DNA of 63,803 nucleotides, counting the filler, from Octopus bimaculoides (lineage: Eukaryota), in assembly GCF_001194135.2 (NCBI RefSeq). It is 6 parts of 6 records of this genome, joined end to end, with 100 filler letters (N's around TTAATTAATTAA, not from the genome) between each part and the next. Parts side by side here need not be neighbours in the genome. Positions count along the whole stretch, not along the records: positions 1 to 25,587 come from NC_068994.1; 5 more parts are not named here. One strand, written 5' to 3'. Position numbers and translations under genes: made by a program. The notes under the pieces are model-generated. The model saw nothing but the letters and a program-made list of their open reading frames with translations. It had not been told where the DNA came from and did not search any database. Shown in pieces: positions 1-12,099 of this stretch; the first letter of the stretch is position 1, and each line of letters opens with the position of its first letter.

Positions 1-85
1 TGAACTTCTAGCTTGTTGTCTCTTGAGGTCTCTGGGTGAGACTTGGATCCAACTTGTACAAATGCAAAGCAAAAGTCAAACATAA

Positions 86-129
<44 letters not shown>

Positions 130-189
130 CAACAATAATAATGATAACAATAACAATAATAATAATAATAATGATCATCATCATCATCA

Positions 190-620
190 TTTCAAATTTT
201 GGCACTAGGCCAGCAATTTCAGGGAGGGAGTAAGTCAATTGCATCGACCCCATTACTCAACTAGTACTTATTTTATCAGCCCCAAAAGGATGAAAGGCAA
301 AGCCGACCTCAGCGGAGCTTGAACTCAGAATGTGAAGATGGATGAAATACTGCTGAACATTTTGCCTGGAATGCTAACGATTTTGCCAGCTCGCCCCCTT
401 AAATAATAATCCTTTCTACTATAAGCACAAGGTCTGAAATTTGGGGTGGGTGGGGAGATAGTCAATTACATCGACCCCAATACTCGACTGGTACTTAATT
501 TATTGACCCCGGAAGGACAAAAGGCAAAGTCGACCTCGGCAGAATTTGAACTCAGAATGTAAAGACAGATGAAATGCTGCTAAGCATTTTGCCTGGCATG
601 TTAAGGATTCTACCAGCCCC
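190..620 (-). mobile_element. two CpG-decayed copies of an abundant tRNA-derived SINE (family B: gagctggcagaaacgttagc...gagttcaaattccgccgaggtcgac)
   Basis: Align by eye to better preserved copies at 48690-49312 and 53016-53225. Confidence 0.8.
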
Positions 621-654
621 CTAATAATAATAATAAACATCATCATCATCATCA

Positions 655-1104
655 TTTAAAGTCTGTTGTCTATGCTGGCATGGGTTGGACGGTTTGACCA
701 GAGATGGTAAGCAGGAGAGCTGCACCAAACTCTAGTTGTCTGTTTTAGCTTGGTTTCTACAGCTAGATGCTGTAGATACTACAGCCTAACGCCAACCACT
801 TTAGAGAATGTATTGAGTGCTTTATTACATGGTACTTGTATGTAACATATATATGTAACATATATGTAACATATATGTAACATATGTAACATATGTAACA
901 TATGTAACATATGTAACATATATGTAACATATATATGTAACATATATATACACCATTTCGAGTGTGGCCATTGCCAGTACTGCCTGACAGGTTCCTGTGC
1001 CGGTGGCACGTAAAAGCACCCACTACACTCTTGGAGTGGTTGGCGTTAGGAAGGGCATCCAGCTGTAGAAACTCTGCCAAATCAGATTGGAGCCTGGTGT
1101 AGTC
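655..1104. repeat. inverted pair of a dispersed SINE-like repeat enclosing a TATGTAACA minisatellite (839-945)
   Basis: ttctacagct..gatgc..cctaacgccaaccact (745-800) is the reverse complement of 1036-1070. The same family occurs at 5130-5350 and 19925-20140. Confidence 0.7.
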
Positions 1105-1334
1105 AAAGGAGATCAGACTCTTCCCCTACCTTGATACAGAGTTTTCATAATTAGTAAGATAGAGGGAGAAGAAGATCTTAATCTCAGACACAGATATGGT
1201 CTGAATAGTTACAACAGAATGGGCTTCACTGAACACCTCTAAGATCTAGATGGAGATGTTAAACATTCCAAAATAAAAGACTAACAGAACCAATAGTGAC
1301 TAACAAGGAGATGAGAAAAGATGTAAATACTCAC

Positions 1335-1387
1335 AACTTTTATCTTCTTTTTCCTCTTTCACTTTATTCGGAAAAAGATATTTAAAT
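1335..1387 (-). CDS. l(3)mbt: probable short l(3)mbt exon ((R)FKYLFPNKVKEEKEDKS)
   Basis: Acceptor ctgtttttcctcttcag, donor gtgagtat. 53 nt, phase 2 in (matches the preceding exon) and phase 1 out. Confidence 0.68.
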
Positions 1388-2223
1388 CTGAAGAGGAAAA
1401 ACAGACTTCAATAAACAAGGAGTTACCAAGTACACACACATTATATTATATTATATATNNNNNNNNNNNNNNNNNNNNNNNNNNNNNNNNNNNNNNNNNN
1501 NNNNNNNNNNNNNNNNNNNNNNNNNNNNNNNNNNNNNNNNNNNNNNNNNNNNNNNNNNNNNNNNNNNNNNNNNNNNNNNNNNNNNNNNNNNNNNNNNNNN
1601 NNNNNNNNNNNNNNNNNNNNNNNNNNNNNNNNNNNNNNNNNNNNNNNNNNNNNNNNNNNNNNNNNNNNNNNNNNNNNNNNNNNNNNNNNNNNNNNNNNNN
1701 NNNNNNNNNNNNNNNNNNNNNNNNNNNNNNNNNNNNNNNNNNNNNNNNNNNNNNNNNNNNNNNNNNNNNNNNNNNNNNNNNNNNNNNNNNNNNNNNNNNN
1801 NNNNNNNNNNNNNNNNNNNNNNNNNNNNNNNNNNNNNNNNNNNNNNNNNNNNNNNNNNNNNNNNNNNNNNNNNNNNNNNNNNNNNNNNNNNNNNNNNNNN
1901 NNNNNNNNNNNNNNNNNNNNNNNNNNNNNNNNNNNNNNNNNNNNNNNNNNNNNNNNNNNNNNNNNNNNNNNNNNNNNNNNNNNNNNNNNNNNNNNNNNNN
2001 NNNNNNNNNNNNNNNNNNNNNNNNNNNNNNNNNNNNNNNNNNNNNNNNNNNNNNNNNNNNNNNNNNNNNNNNNNNNNNNNNNNNNNNNNNNNNNNNNNNN
2101 NNNNNNNNNNNNNNNNNNNNNNNNNNNNNNNNNNNNNNNNNNNNNNNNNNNNNNNNNNNNNNNNNNNNNNNNNNNNNNNNNNNNNNNNNNNNNNNNNNNN
2201 NNNNNNNNNNNNNNNNNNNNNNN

Positions 2224-2450
2224 TAATTACAAAAGCTGACATATAGAACATTGAATGTGATACACCTTCTCACTCCCTTCTAAGAAACAATTCTAGCTCT
2301 ATGTGGAAGTTTCTAGGTAGTGACTTAATTACAAAAGCTGACATATAGAACATTGAATGTGATACACCTTCTCACTCCCTTCTAAGAAACAATTCTAGCT
2401 CTATGTGGAAGTTTCTAGGTATTGACTTAATTACAAAAGCTGACATATAG
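2224..2450. repeat. 102-bp tandem repeat (2 copies plus a partial) next to a gap
   Basis: taattacaaaagctgacatatag starts at 2224, 2326 and 2428. Confidence 0.9.
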
Positions 2451-2456
2451 CCTCAC

Positions 2457-2633
2457 CTCCTGTCATCAGAAGACTGGAATTCTTGCTGTTCAGTACTCTG
2501 AGTAGTACCAGCAGATGCTTTGGCACTTCCGTCCTTAGCTGGTTGGAATTCTTGTGATTCAGTAGGTTCAGGGGAATGACTCTCATCCGTTAACACACAA
2601 TTCTTTTCGCGTTGATTTCTCTCAGATTTTTTC
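2457..2633 (-). CDS. l(3)mbt: probable l(3)mbt exon, polar/acidic disordered linker ((K)KKSERNQREKNCVLTDESHSPEPTESQEFQPAKDGSAKASAGTTQSTEQQEFQSSDDR)
   Basis: Acceptor tttttccaatttag, donor AG|gtgagg. 177 nt open in the frame set by the upstream exon, phase 2-2. Unique sequence; no homology recognised. Confidence 0.75.
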
Positions 2634-2826
2634 CTAAATTGGAAAAATCCACAAAGTATTGGAAGAAAGTAAATATAAAATGTTTTTTTAAATATTAACA
2701 GAAAATAAGACCCTTACTAATTCAAACAAAGCATGTGTGTGTGTGTGTCGCTTACTGCTATTATCAGTTATTTAGATTTGTCACTAAGACTAAGATCTTT
2801 ATGAATATTCATTTGAATATTTACTT

Positions 2827-2859
<33 letters not shown>

Positions 2860-4049
2860 NNNNNNNNNNNNNNNNNNNNNNNNNNNNNNNNNNNNNNNNN
2901 NNNNNNNNNNNNNNNNNNNNNNNNNNNNNNNNNNNNNNNNNNNNNNNNNNNNNNNNNNNNNNNNNNNNNNNNNNNNNNNATGTATGTATATATATGTGTG
3001 TATACGTAGACACACGCACACACACACATTACATATATTCATACATATCTATAAACATATGCATATATGTGCACATATCATCATTTTAATGTCTACCTTT
3101 CTAGGTTTGCAAGCCAGATGCCTTTCCTGTCACCAACCCTCACCAGTTTCAAAGTAAGGCACCACTTGTATGATGGTGACACTTTTTTGCAATAATCACA
3201 TGTCAAGACAAGGAGACACACACACACACAGGCTTCTTTCAGTTTCAGTCTACCAAAACAACTCACAAAGTGTTGGTTAGCTCAGGGCTATAGTAGAAGA
3301 CACATGCCCAAGGTGCTACACAGTAGGACTGAACCTGGAACCAAATCATTGGTAAACAAGCTTCTTAACCACACAGGCACACCAATGCCTGTCCACACCT
3401 GCAACTATATGCACATGTGGTTCTTTGCGATTTAACACAGAAACAAGTTTAATATTCACTAAGACACACACAACACACACACACACACACACGACAGACT
3501 TGTGAATAGCTTCTGTCTATCAAATTCCACTCACAAAATATTGGCCAGGCAAAAGCTACAGCAGGAAACATTTACATGTGCACATATCATCATCATCATC
3601 ATCATCATTCCAATGTCTACCTTTCTATGTCTACCAGATGCTTTTCCTGTCACCAACCCTCAGTTTCTAAGTAAGGCACCGCTTGTATGTGTGACATTGC
3701 AGTGGGATTGAACCCAGAACTGCGCAGTTGCAAAAGCAAACCTCTTCGCCCAGCACAGCTATGCCCGCACCACCTACACATCTAACATTTGACCGACTTA
3801 ATAACAGATTAGATATCCAATCTCTACTCCATTCCAATCATATATCATAGAAACCCAATGAGGCAACCTACATGCGACCATTTGATCCAGAATTCTATAT
3901 GTAACTCATGAATATCATATTTATCTGTTAGATCAACTGTCAAGAAACAATTTTAAGAAGTACAGGAGTAAATACTGCTTGCTATTAAATCACTAGAATT
4001 CACACCACCATCTCTTTCTCTCACTCACACAGTCCTAATAATAGCTGTG

Positions 4050-4420
4050 TTAACCTTTTAACATTCATATTACTCTGTTAAATGTGATGCTTATATATTC
4101 ATATTGTTTGCAATTAATTAAGCATTATTTCGAAGCTTCAAAATTTCAATGGTGTGATTATTTACTTTTCAGAATGACATTGTAAGGTCGATTTGAGAAG
4201 CTAGATCCAGCTGGTTTCAACATAGGATAGGTAGAATATTTTGGCCAAATATGGCCTGTTTGGATGCTAAGAAGTTGATACAAGAAATCAGTATTTATTA
4301 GATTCTAGCTTCAAAAAAAAAGCACACTTATGATTTGAGAGGCTGGATTTGGCTGATGTGAGCATTAAACAAGTAGAACATTTGGGACAGATATGGCTAG
4401 TTTAAATGCTAAAGGGTTAA
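4050..4420. mobile_element. piggyBac-like MITE family P1 with partial tandem duplication
   Basis: Begins ttaacctttta and ends aatgctaaagggttaa; same family as 9741 and 23466. Confidence 0.6.
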
Positions 4421-4483
4421 TTCAGGAAATCAGTATTTATTACATTCTACCTTCTAAAAAGAAACCACACTAGCACACACTAA

Positions 4484-4910
4484 CAGGAGTGGCTGTGTGG
4501 TAAGTAGCTTGCTTACCAACCACATGGTTCTGGGTTCAGTCCCACTGCATGGCACCTTGGGCAAGTGTCTTCTACTATAGCCTCAGGCTGACCAAAGCCT
4601 TGTGAGTGGATTTGGTAGACGGAAACTGAAAGAAGCCTGTCGTATATACATATGTATATGTATATGCGTGTATGTGTGTGTNNNNNNNNNNNNNNNNNNN
4701 NNNNNNNNNNNNNNNNNNNNNNNNNNNNNNNNNNNNNNNNNNNNNNNNNNNNNNNNNNNNNNNNNNNNNNNNNNNNNNNNNNNNNNNNNNNNNNNNNNNN
4801 NNNNNNNNNNNNNNNNNNNNNNNNNNNNNNNNNNNNNNNNNNNNNNNNNNNNNNNNNNNNNNNNNNNNNNNNNNNNNNNNNNNCAACATTGCTTGACAAC
4901 TGTACATGGT
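4484..4910 (+). mobile_element. abundant SINE family A (gcaggagtggctgtgtggtaag...), gap-interrupted
   Basis: Near-identical 5' half to the 22845 copy. Confidence 0.85.
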
Positions 4911-5079
4911 GGAGGCACACACTTTGGAAGCTCAAAGAGAGATGTAGAACAAAAATGTGCTGAGAAACACTGCATTAAACTATTTTTAATCTCAATGAGA
5001 TTTTGAAACTGAAAAATTAAAATTTTTTAATTGTTTTTGTTTTTCCAAAAACCAAGCAAAGAGACAAACCAGCGTGCGA

Positions 5080-5115
<36 letters not shown>

Positions 5116-5397
5116 TATACATCATCATCGTCGTCAAACATCCACTTTTTCATGCTTGCATGAGCAAGTTTTAATTCATTAAGGCAGATTTTCTACAGCT
5201 GGATGCCCTTCCTGTTGCCAACCCTCACCTGTTTCCAAGCAAGGTAATACTTCCTCATGGCTAGACATGTTTTCCCATGGAAGACTGGAAATGAACAACA
5301 TCACTTCAGTGACAAAGTTGGTCATTTATAACCATCATGTGATATCAAGCGCAGGGTACAAACACACACATACATAAATGTCAAATGTTCTTTTATA

Positions 5398-5567
5398 GGT
5401 GCAGATGTGACTGTGTGGTAAGAAGCTTGCTTCCCAACCACATGGTTCTGAGTTCAGTCCCACTGTGTGGCACTGTGGGTAAAGTGTCTTTTACTATAAT
5501 TTTAGACCAACCAAAGCCTTGTGAGTGGATTTGGTAGATGGTAACTGAAAGAAGCCCGTTGTGTATG

Positions 5568-5601
<34 letters not shown>

Positions 5602-5850
5602 TGTATGTATGTGTATTTTTGTGTGTATGTACATGAGGGTGTGTTTGTGTCCCCCCACCCCGCCACCACTTGACAACTGGTGTTGGTGTGTTTACGTCCC
5701 TGTAACTTAGCGGTGTGGCAAAAGAGACCGATAGAATAAGTCCCAAGCTTTAAAAAAATAATACTGGGGTTGATTCAGTCAAGTAGAATTCTACAAGGCG
5801 GTGCTCCAGCATGGCTGTAGTCTAATAACTGAAACAAGTAAAAGAATAAA
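5398..5850 (+). mobile_element. SINE family A, full-length copy
   Basis: 5' head, internal (TA/CA)n tract and 3' part ending gaaacaagtaaaagaataaaa. Confidence 0.85.
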
Positions 5851-6739
5851 AGAACAAAAAAAAATGTGAAGGGCTTCTTTCAGTTTCCGTCAACCAAATA
5901 CAATCGCAAGGCTTTGGTCTGCCAAGAGCTACAATACCAGAGACACTTCTCAAAGAATTGTGCAGCAGGACTCAATCAAAGGAGACCTCATGGCTGGGGA
6001 GCATGCGTTTTCACCACAAAACCATGCAGGCATGCATGCAGAGAGACAGACAGACAGGTACGTAGATATAATACATCAGATAGATTATCTTCAAATTCAC
6101 CTAGTTTTGTGTCTGTATGTTTATTTGGTGTATACTCCATGTGTGTATAGTTGTATTCATTTGTGTAAACAGGATGTCTGTATGCATATATATACATATA
6201 TTTGTGTGAGTGCATACATATATTGTTACATACATATACCGGTTTTAATACAAATACACATGCACATCTTAGTTCATTCATTATGATCCCATCGTCACCA
6301 TCACCACCACCACCACCACCACACATACCAAACCTTCTTAGTTAAACTCAATACGTGTGTGTGTGTGTGTGTGTGTGTGTGCATCAAACACGTGGTGTCC
6401 TCTAGTAGGCAGTTAACACAAGGGAGATAATCGTTTCTTCATACCACCAGGCACGATTAGAAGTTTTAAGTTGAAATTAACCCGTTTGATATTGACTCGC
6501 TTCAGACGGCCCCTGGTGTTATGATAGAAACTTCCTATTTTAAAGCGATTTAAACTTAAAACCTTTCTTCAAAATTTCATGTAAATTTATGTCCCAAATA
6601 CCAGTTTAATAATGACAAAACTATTTCACTAACTTCTTCATTTTAAAAATCAATTGAAACAAAAGCCAGTCTATTTCAAAAGAAATATGGTAACAAAAGG
6701 ATTCAGTAATAAAGAAAAACATGCATAAAATACATTTAA

Positions 6740-7135
6740 GCATTTAGCATTCAAATCATTCTGTTGAATGTAATATTTATTTGTTCACATTTTTTTGAAC
6801 TGCATTATCTTGTAGCTTCAAGATTTCAATGATGCACTTATTATTTAGAACAACATTGTAGGGTAGATGTGAGAGGCTGGATCTGGTCGGTTTGAACATC
6901 AAAGAAGTAGAATATCTGGGCTAGAAATGGCTGGTTTAACCTTTTAGCATTCACACTCTGTTTATTCACATAGTTTTGGATTAAGCATATATTATTTTGT
7001 AGCTTTGAGATTTTGATGAGGTAACTGCTAATTTTTAGAATGATATTGTAGGGTTAGTGTGAGAGACCAGAGCTGGTCAATTTGAACTTGTAAAATATTT
7101 TGACCAGATATGGGCGATTTAAATGCTAAAGGAAT
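6740..7135. mobile_element. two tandem P1 piggyBac-like MITE copies
   Basis: Repeated body with a ggtttaac|cttttagcattc junction near 6935. Confidence 0.55.
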
Positions 7136-7539
7136 TTTTTTTTTTTTGAGGCTTGAATTTCCAATATCACAATCATTATCATTGTTATCATCTTCAATGC
7201 CTTTAAGTGTATATTCAGTCAGAGGGTGTAAGTTGATGAAAAGACTACAATACATGAGAAGGAGAGGGATATTGTTTATGGCAAACAATAAAACCAGCAA
7301 CAAAAGTTCTCCATCAACATTTCTGACTCAACAGCGTGTGTCAGGTGAGTTGTGGTGTCTCTCGTGAGTGCCACTGGTAACACGGAATCCAGCAAAACAT
7401 GTTGCACGGTCAAGTTGACAGCAACTAAACTGCCCCCACACCCCCAAGCTAGCATGGTGAAGAGGGTTGTTAGAAACCCAGCAGGACTAAAAACAAGACC
7501 TGTCGAAAGGATGGATGAAGCTAGTAGTATAGGTTCAAT

Positions 7540-7830
7540 GACTATTTAGCAATAGCATGCATGGGCTCTCAGAAATTCCAGATTGGTGTCTGACATGCTG
7601 GAAGATCATAGGGAGTGAGGCACTCCTTAGCTTTTGTTAAAGCATGTCTCTAGAACCAACTTCAAACCCAGGTTATGTCTGCTCTGATAATCAGCAGTGA
7701 CTTGGTCAGTGAATCCTCTCCAGCAACCGACAGCAAGATGAGCTGCTATGGATCACACCATCCCAAAGTGTGTATGCATGTGGCCAGGGACCACATGTGA
7801 GCTTGTTTCCCCATGAAACACCGAACACTC
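7540..7830 (+). mobile_element. possible decayed Ty3/Gypsy gag fragment
   Basis: Frameshifted translation ...SRLVSDML..FVKACL*NQLQTQVMSAL...DL... with a Cys/His-rich end. Recognised from memory only. Confidence 0.3.
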
Positions 7831-8712
7831 ATTGGCTAGAGTCAGCTCAATCTACCTCAGGTGAATGCCACCGCATGTACAAGTAAGTAGAGGGATATGG
7901 CACAAATTTACAAACCCGTCCAACCCTTACATAACACAGGAAGTAAATATCCATCACAGGTTCTGATAGTCGAAATGAAATTCTAAGTCTGGGTCACTAC
8001 ATGACTCCATACTCTCGACCCAACCAGTTCCAAAGTTCACTGGAGCAAAGAATACAATTAACAGAAGTCCAGAGAGGAAGAGGAGCAGGGGGGGGGATGA
8101 AATAAGGTCAAAGAGTCAGTGGTTTGTTTGATGAACAAGTAAAATGGTCAGTGGCTTTAATATAATGATGATGACGGTAATGACAGTAACTGATGATGAC
8201 AATGTAGATTACAGCAATCATAACAAAAAACAATAAGAGCAATAATGATAAATAACAATTAGTGGCCATGATCATGATGACGATGATGATGATGATGGTG
8301 GTGGTGGTGACAATAACAGTGCCAGCAATGACAACAATGGTATCTCAGCCAGCCACAAACTCAATAACGGACAGAATGTGAGAGTGGGAAAGAAGTTATA
8401 TCTTGATTTAAAATCTAAGTTTTCTAGAGGACGACTACAAGTTAATCTTTTGTCTTGGTTTACTTCTAAAATAGGATTTTCCTGAAAATACCAGAGCTAG
8501 TGACCAATGTAAAAGACTTTACATCAATGATCCTCAACTGGGGCCCATACAACCCCTGAGAGTGCATATAAGATTTTTTAGGGGTCCAAGCAAGCAAAAT
8601 AGTAAACTAGGGGCCCACGGTAATATTTTAAGGATCCAAAAAGAAATTTTTGCTTTAGATGTATGTATTGCAAGAAACAGGTCAGTTTTTTTTTTCTCTA
8701 ATGTTTTATATA

Positions 8713-9010
8713 CAGGGTGTCCACAAAGTCTGGGTACATGGAGTAAATAAAATCATAACATAAACAATTAAATATAAGAAATAATAATTTCTTAAAGTAT
8801 GTGTTAATCCCCATGTGGGTACATGGAGTAAATAAAATCATAACATAAACAATTANNNNNNNNNNAATAATAATTTCTTAAAGTATGTGTTAATCCCCAT
8901 GTGGGTACATGGAGTAAATAAAATCATAACATAAACAATTAAATGTAAGAAATAATAATTTCTTAAAGCATGTGTTAATCCCCATGTACCCAGACTTTGT
9001 GGACACCCTG
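8713..9010. mobile_element. Tc1/mariner-type MITE, 29-bp perfect TIRs, TA target duplication, internal 85-bp unit x3
   Basis: cagggtgtccacaaagtctgggtacatgg (8713-8741) and its reverse complement (8982-9010), flanked by TA at 8711-12 and 9011-12. Confidence 0.85.
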
Positions 9011-9740
9011 TAGTTCAAACGACACAGGTGAATGTGTGATAAACAAAACAGGAGCTTTGAAAGAAGTGTCTATAAAACTAGTTTTTAGATATCAAATGGC
9101 AATAGGGGGGGTGTCCACCAGAGCAAAGTAATAATCAAAAGAATCCTTAGGGAAAAAATGGTCTAGTACCACTGCTCTACATGGTTGCTTAATCTGTTAG
9201 AAATAACAGCCAAATATCCCTCAAAATTATATCCGACTGTCTTAAAAACATGAAAGACACATTATACAATGTAATCTACATGCTATGTAACCTGACTTGC
9301 TAGAAATAGAACCAAATCTCCCTCATATGACACCCTATCATCTTAAAAAAAAAAAACAACTAAGGATAATATTGCCTGCCTCGGGTTCCCTCAATATATG
9401 AAAAAGGCTAGATGGTCAGAGTTGGAATGTCTCTCATGATAGGTCTGCTCAGTCAAGGTTGACTTGGAACCAAACAACAACAGAAAAACAACCACAACCA
9501 AGCCACTAACTATTCTGTGGAGTCAGTGAGGGAGCTCACTATGTGGTCAGTTAATCTGCTAGAAATAGCAGTCAAATCACACCCTACCATTTTTTTAAAA
9601 GGACACTTTGGATTATGTACTACAAGATAGACTGTGCCTAAAACTGCATTATCGGATGAACATGGCTGGAATGCATTTGAGCAAAGATTTCTCATTGACC
9701 TGGAGCAACAACCACAAATGCAACAACTAGCAATTCTGGT

Positions 9741-9972
9741 TTAACCCTTTAGTGTTCAGATTACTCTGTTAAATGTAATACTTTTTCACTCAAATTGTTT
9801 TGAATTAATCATGCATTATCTTATAGCTTTGAGGTTTCAATGATGTGGTTGTTTATTTTTAGAATGTCAATGTAGGTTAGGTGTGAGAGGCTAGATATGG
9901 CCAGTTTGAATGTAAAACAGGCAGAATATTTGGGCCGGGATACGGCCGCCGGTTTAAACTCTAAAGAGTTAA
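9741..9972. mobile_element. piggyBac-like MITE P1
   Basis: ttaaccctttagtg...actctaaagagttaa with TTAA at both ends. Confidence 0.7.
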
Positions 9973-11242
9973 TCTGATTGCAGCTTAGCCACTTCATCAT
10001 CATCATTGTTAACATCATTGGATAATGGAAGTTCTCCATTACTGCTACAAAAACTATTATGAAATATCTCTAAGATTAAGAAAGTTATCTAATTATGGTT
10101 ATCATGTGAACAAACAAACAAACAAACAAACAAACAAACAAAACATGCAAACATGCATGCAGACAGAAACACCATCCACACATATTCTAAAACTAATAGG
10201 ATATTAATAAAATTCTATAAATATATTTTTAATTTAAATTTGTATTTCTAGGTTTAAAAAAATAAGCTTTAAAAAATTAACACTTATGTATTTGTTGTTC
10301 AAGATTCCAGATGTGAAATCGTGTGTTTAATCAGATATTGCTACACTTGGGGATGGTTATATTTAGCCAATTAAACACCTGCACTATATGTTTGGTATTC
10401 TCTTCAGCTTTATCATTATTTTTATTATTATTTTAGTGCCTTTGCTTAAGCTCTTTTGTCACACATCCTGTGGCTTCAACAGTGACTCTCCATCCCATGT
10501 GTCTCCTAAGAACAAGAGGAGACACGTGGGATAGGGACTCGTTGATAAGTCACAGGAGACGTGATGAAAGAAAGACAAAAAACACTAAAATAATAATAAT
10601 AATAAAGTTGAAGAGAAGCATATGGTGCATGTGTTTAAATGGCAAAATATGACCACCCCGCAAGACTAACAATACTTTTTAAAAAAGTGTTTTACGATAA
10701 GCAAGAGCAAGGTTAACCACCTATGCTCATAACCATGTCATTACAGCTATAACTGACAAAAGCTCAGGTAGATAGATAGATCTTTTATCTTTTACTAGTT
10801 TCAGTCATTGGATTGTGGCTTGTTGGGGTACCGCCCTGAAGGGTTTAGTTGAACAAATCAACCCCAGTACTTATTTTTAAGTCGAGTGCTTAGTCTATCA
10901 GTGTCTTTTTTGCAAAACTACTAAGTTTGTGGAACTAATGTTCCACAAACTTCCACAGATGTCAAGCAGTGATGGGAGACATATGTACATACATATGTGG
11001 ATATATATATATATATATATATAATGGGTTTCTTTCAGTTTCCGCCTACCAAATCCACCCACAAGGCACTGGTTGATCTGTGGCTATAGAAGACAGACAA
11101 TTGTCCTTGGAGCCATACATGTAGTTGGGAAACAAGCTTCTTAACCACACTGCCATATATATGATTGGATCATTGCAAGTGAAACTGACCAACCATTTAT
11201 CTTGATAAGTAAATAACCAGGACAACACAGCTGAAAATCTGG

Positions 11243-12097
11243 CCATCCATCCATCCGTCTTCTTCATGCAACGGTTCCTCGGAAGGTTATGGATAGAATC
11301 CTTAAGCACCTCCTCAACAGGGTTCTATCAGAAGCAACCATTATTAGACTTTCTAACTGGATTTCCAAGTGTGACCAACCAAGACTATGGATATCATCCA
11401 AATACCTCATTTTCAGTCTACCCCTTGGTGGCATTTGGTCCTCAGCAGAAGAGAGGTTGATAAAAAAAAGCCAAATTTGCCATCTTCAATTCTGTTTTCA
11501 TGCTTATCCTCATCTATGGTCTCAAATCTCAGGTAATGACCAAAAGAGTACAATTGCAAATAAAAAGGGTAAAGACCCCATTCGGTCATGGATGACCGAA
11601 TGTGATGATTGCATCTAGAAAGTTACCCTTTGAGGTACAAGTCTGGGCAAGGTTGTTTATGGAAGACCAGCAGTTACCCATGCATACCAGCCTCCCCTCT
11701 CCACACCACCAACGTTGTCGAAGGGAAAGACAAAAGCTGATAGAGCTTGGCACCGATGGCATTGCAACTCATTTCTGCTGTTGAGTGAACTGAAGCAACG
11801 TGAAATAAAGTGTCCTACTCAAGAACACAACATACAGCCCAGTCTGGTAATTGAACTCACTACCTCATGATTGTGAGCCTGACACTCTAACCACAGCAAA
11901 ACGGAGATCTTCCAAAGGATTTCTGGAGTAATAATACTCAACAGAGGGCATAGCTCAAAGCTCAGGGAGTCTCCCTAGGTTGAGCCACTGCTTCTTCTCC
12001 CGTTAGAAATCACAGGTCCGGAACTAGGGTATGTGATTAGAATATCACAGGTCAGAATCACAAGACAGACTCTTGAAGCCAAGCTAACCAGCAGGAG
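11243..12097. mobile_element. 5'-truncated, 5'-inverted RTE-clade LINE (Rex3/Expander-like) interrupted by a SINE
   Basis: Minus strand 11428 to 11264 reads PRGRLKMRYLDDIHSLGWSHLEIQ...VA* followed by a (GGAT)n tail. Plus strand from 11463 reads KKAKFAIFNSVFMLILIYG...VMTKRV, and from 11896 reads ...FQRISGV...VEPLLL...AKLTSRS. Confidence 0.8.
11574..11895 (-). mobile_element. tRNA-derived SINE family C
   Basis: Reverse-complement match to the 24495-24847 copy. Confidence 0.85.
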
Positions 12098-12099
12098 TT

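Noticed and set aside
1446-2273. Long ORFs through N runs (also 21157, 29531, 40628, 50958, 60178 and others)
   Set aside because: They are open only because N codons translate as X.
4885-5008. Acceptor-like site with open frame FQNLIEIK... on the minus strand
   Set aside because: The frame required by the upstream exon hits a stop, there is no donor, and the sequence runs into a SINE.
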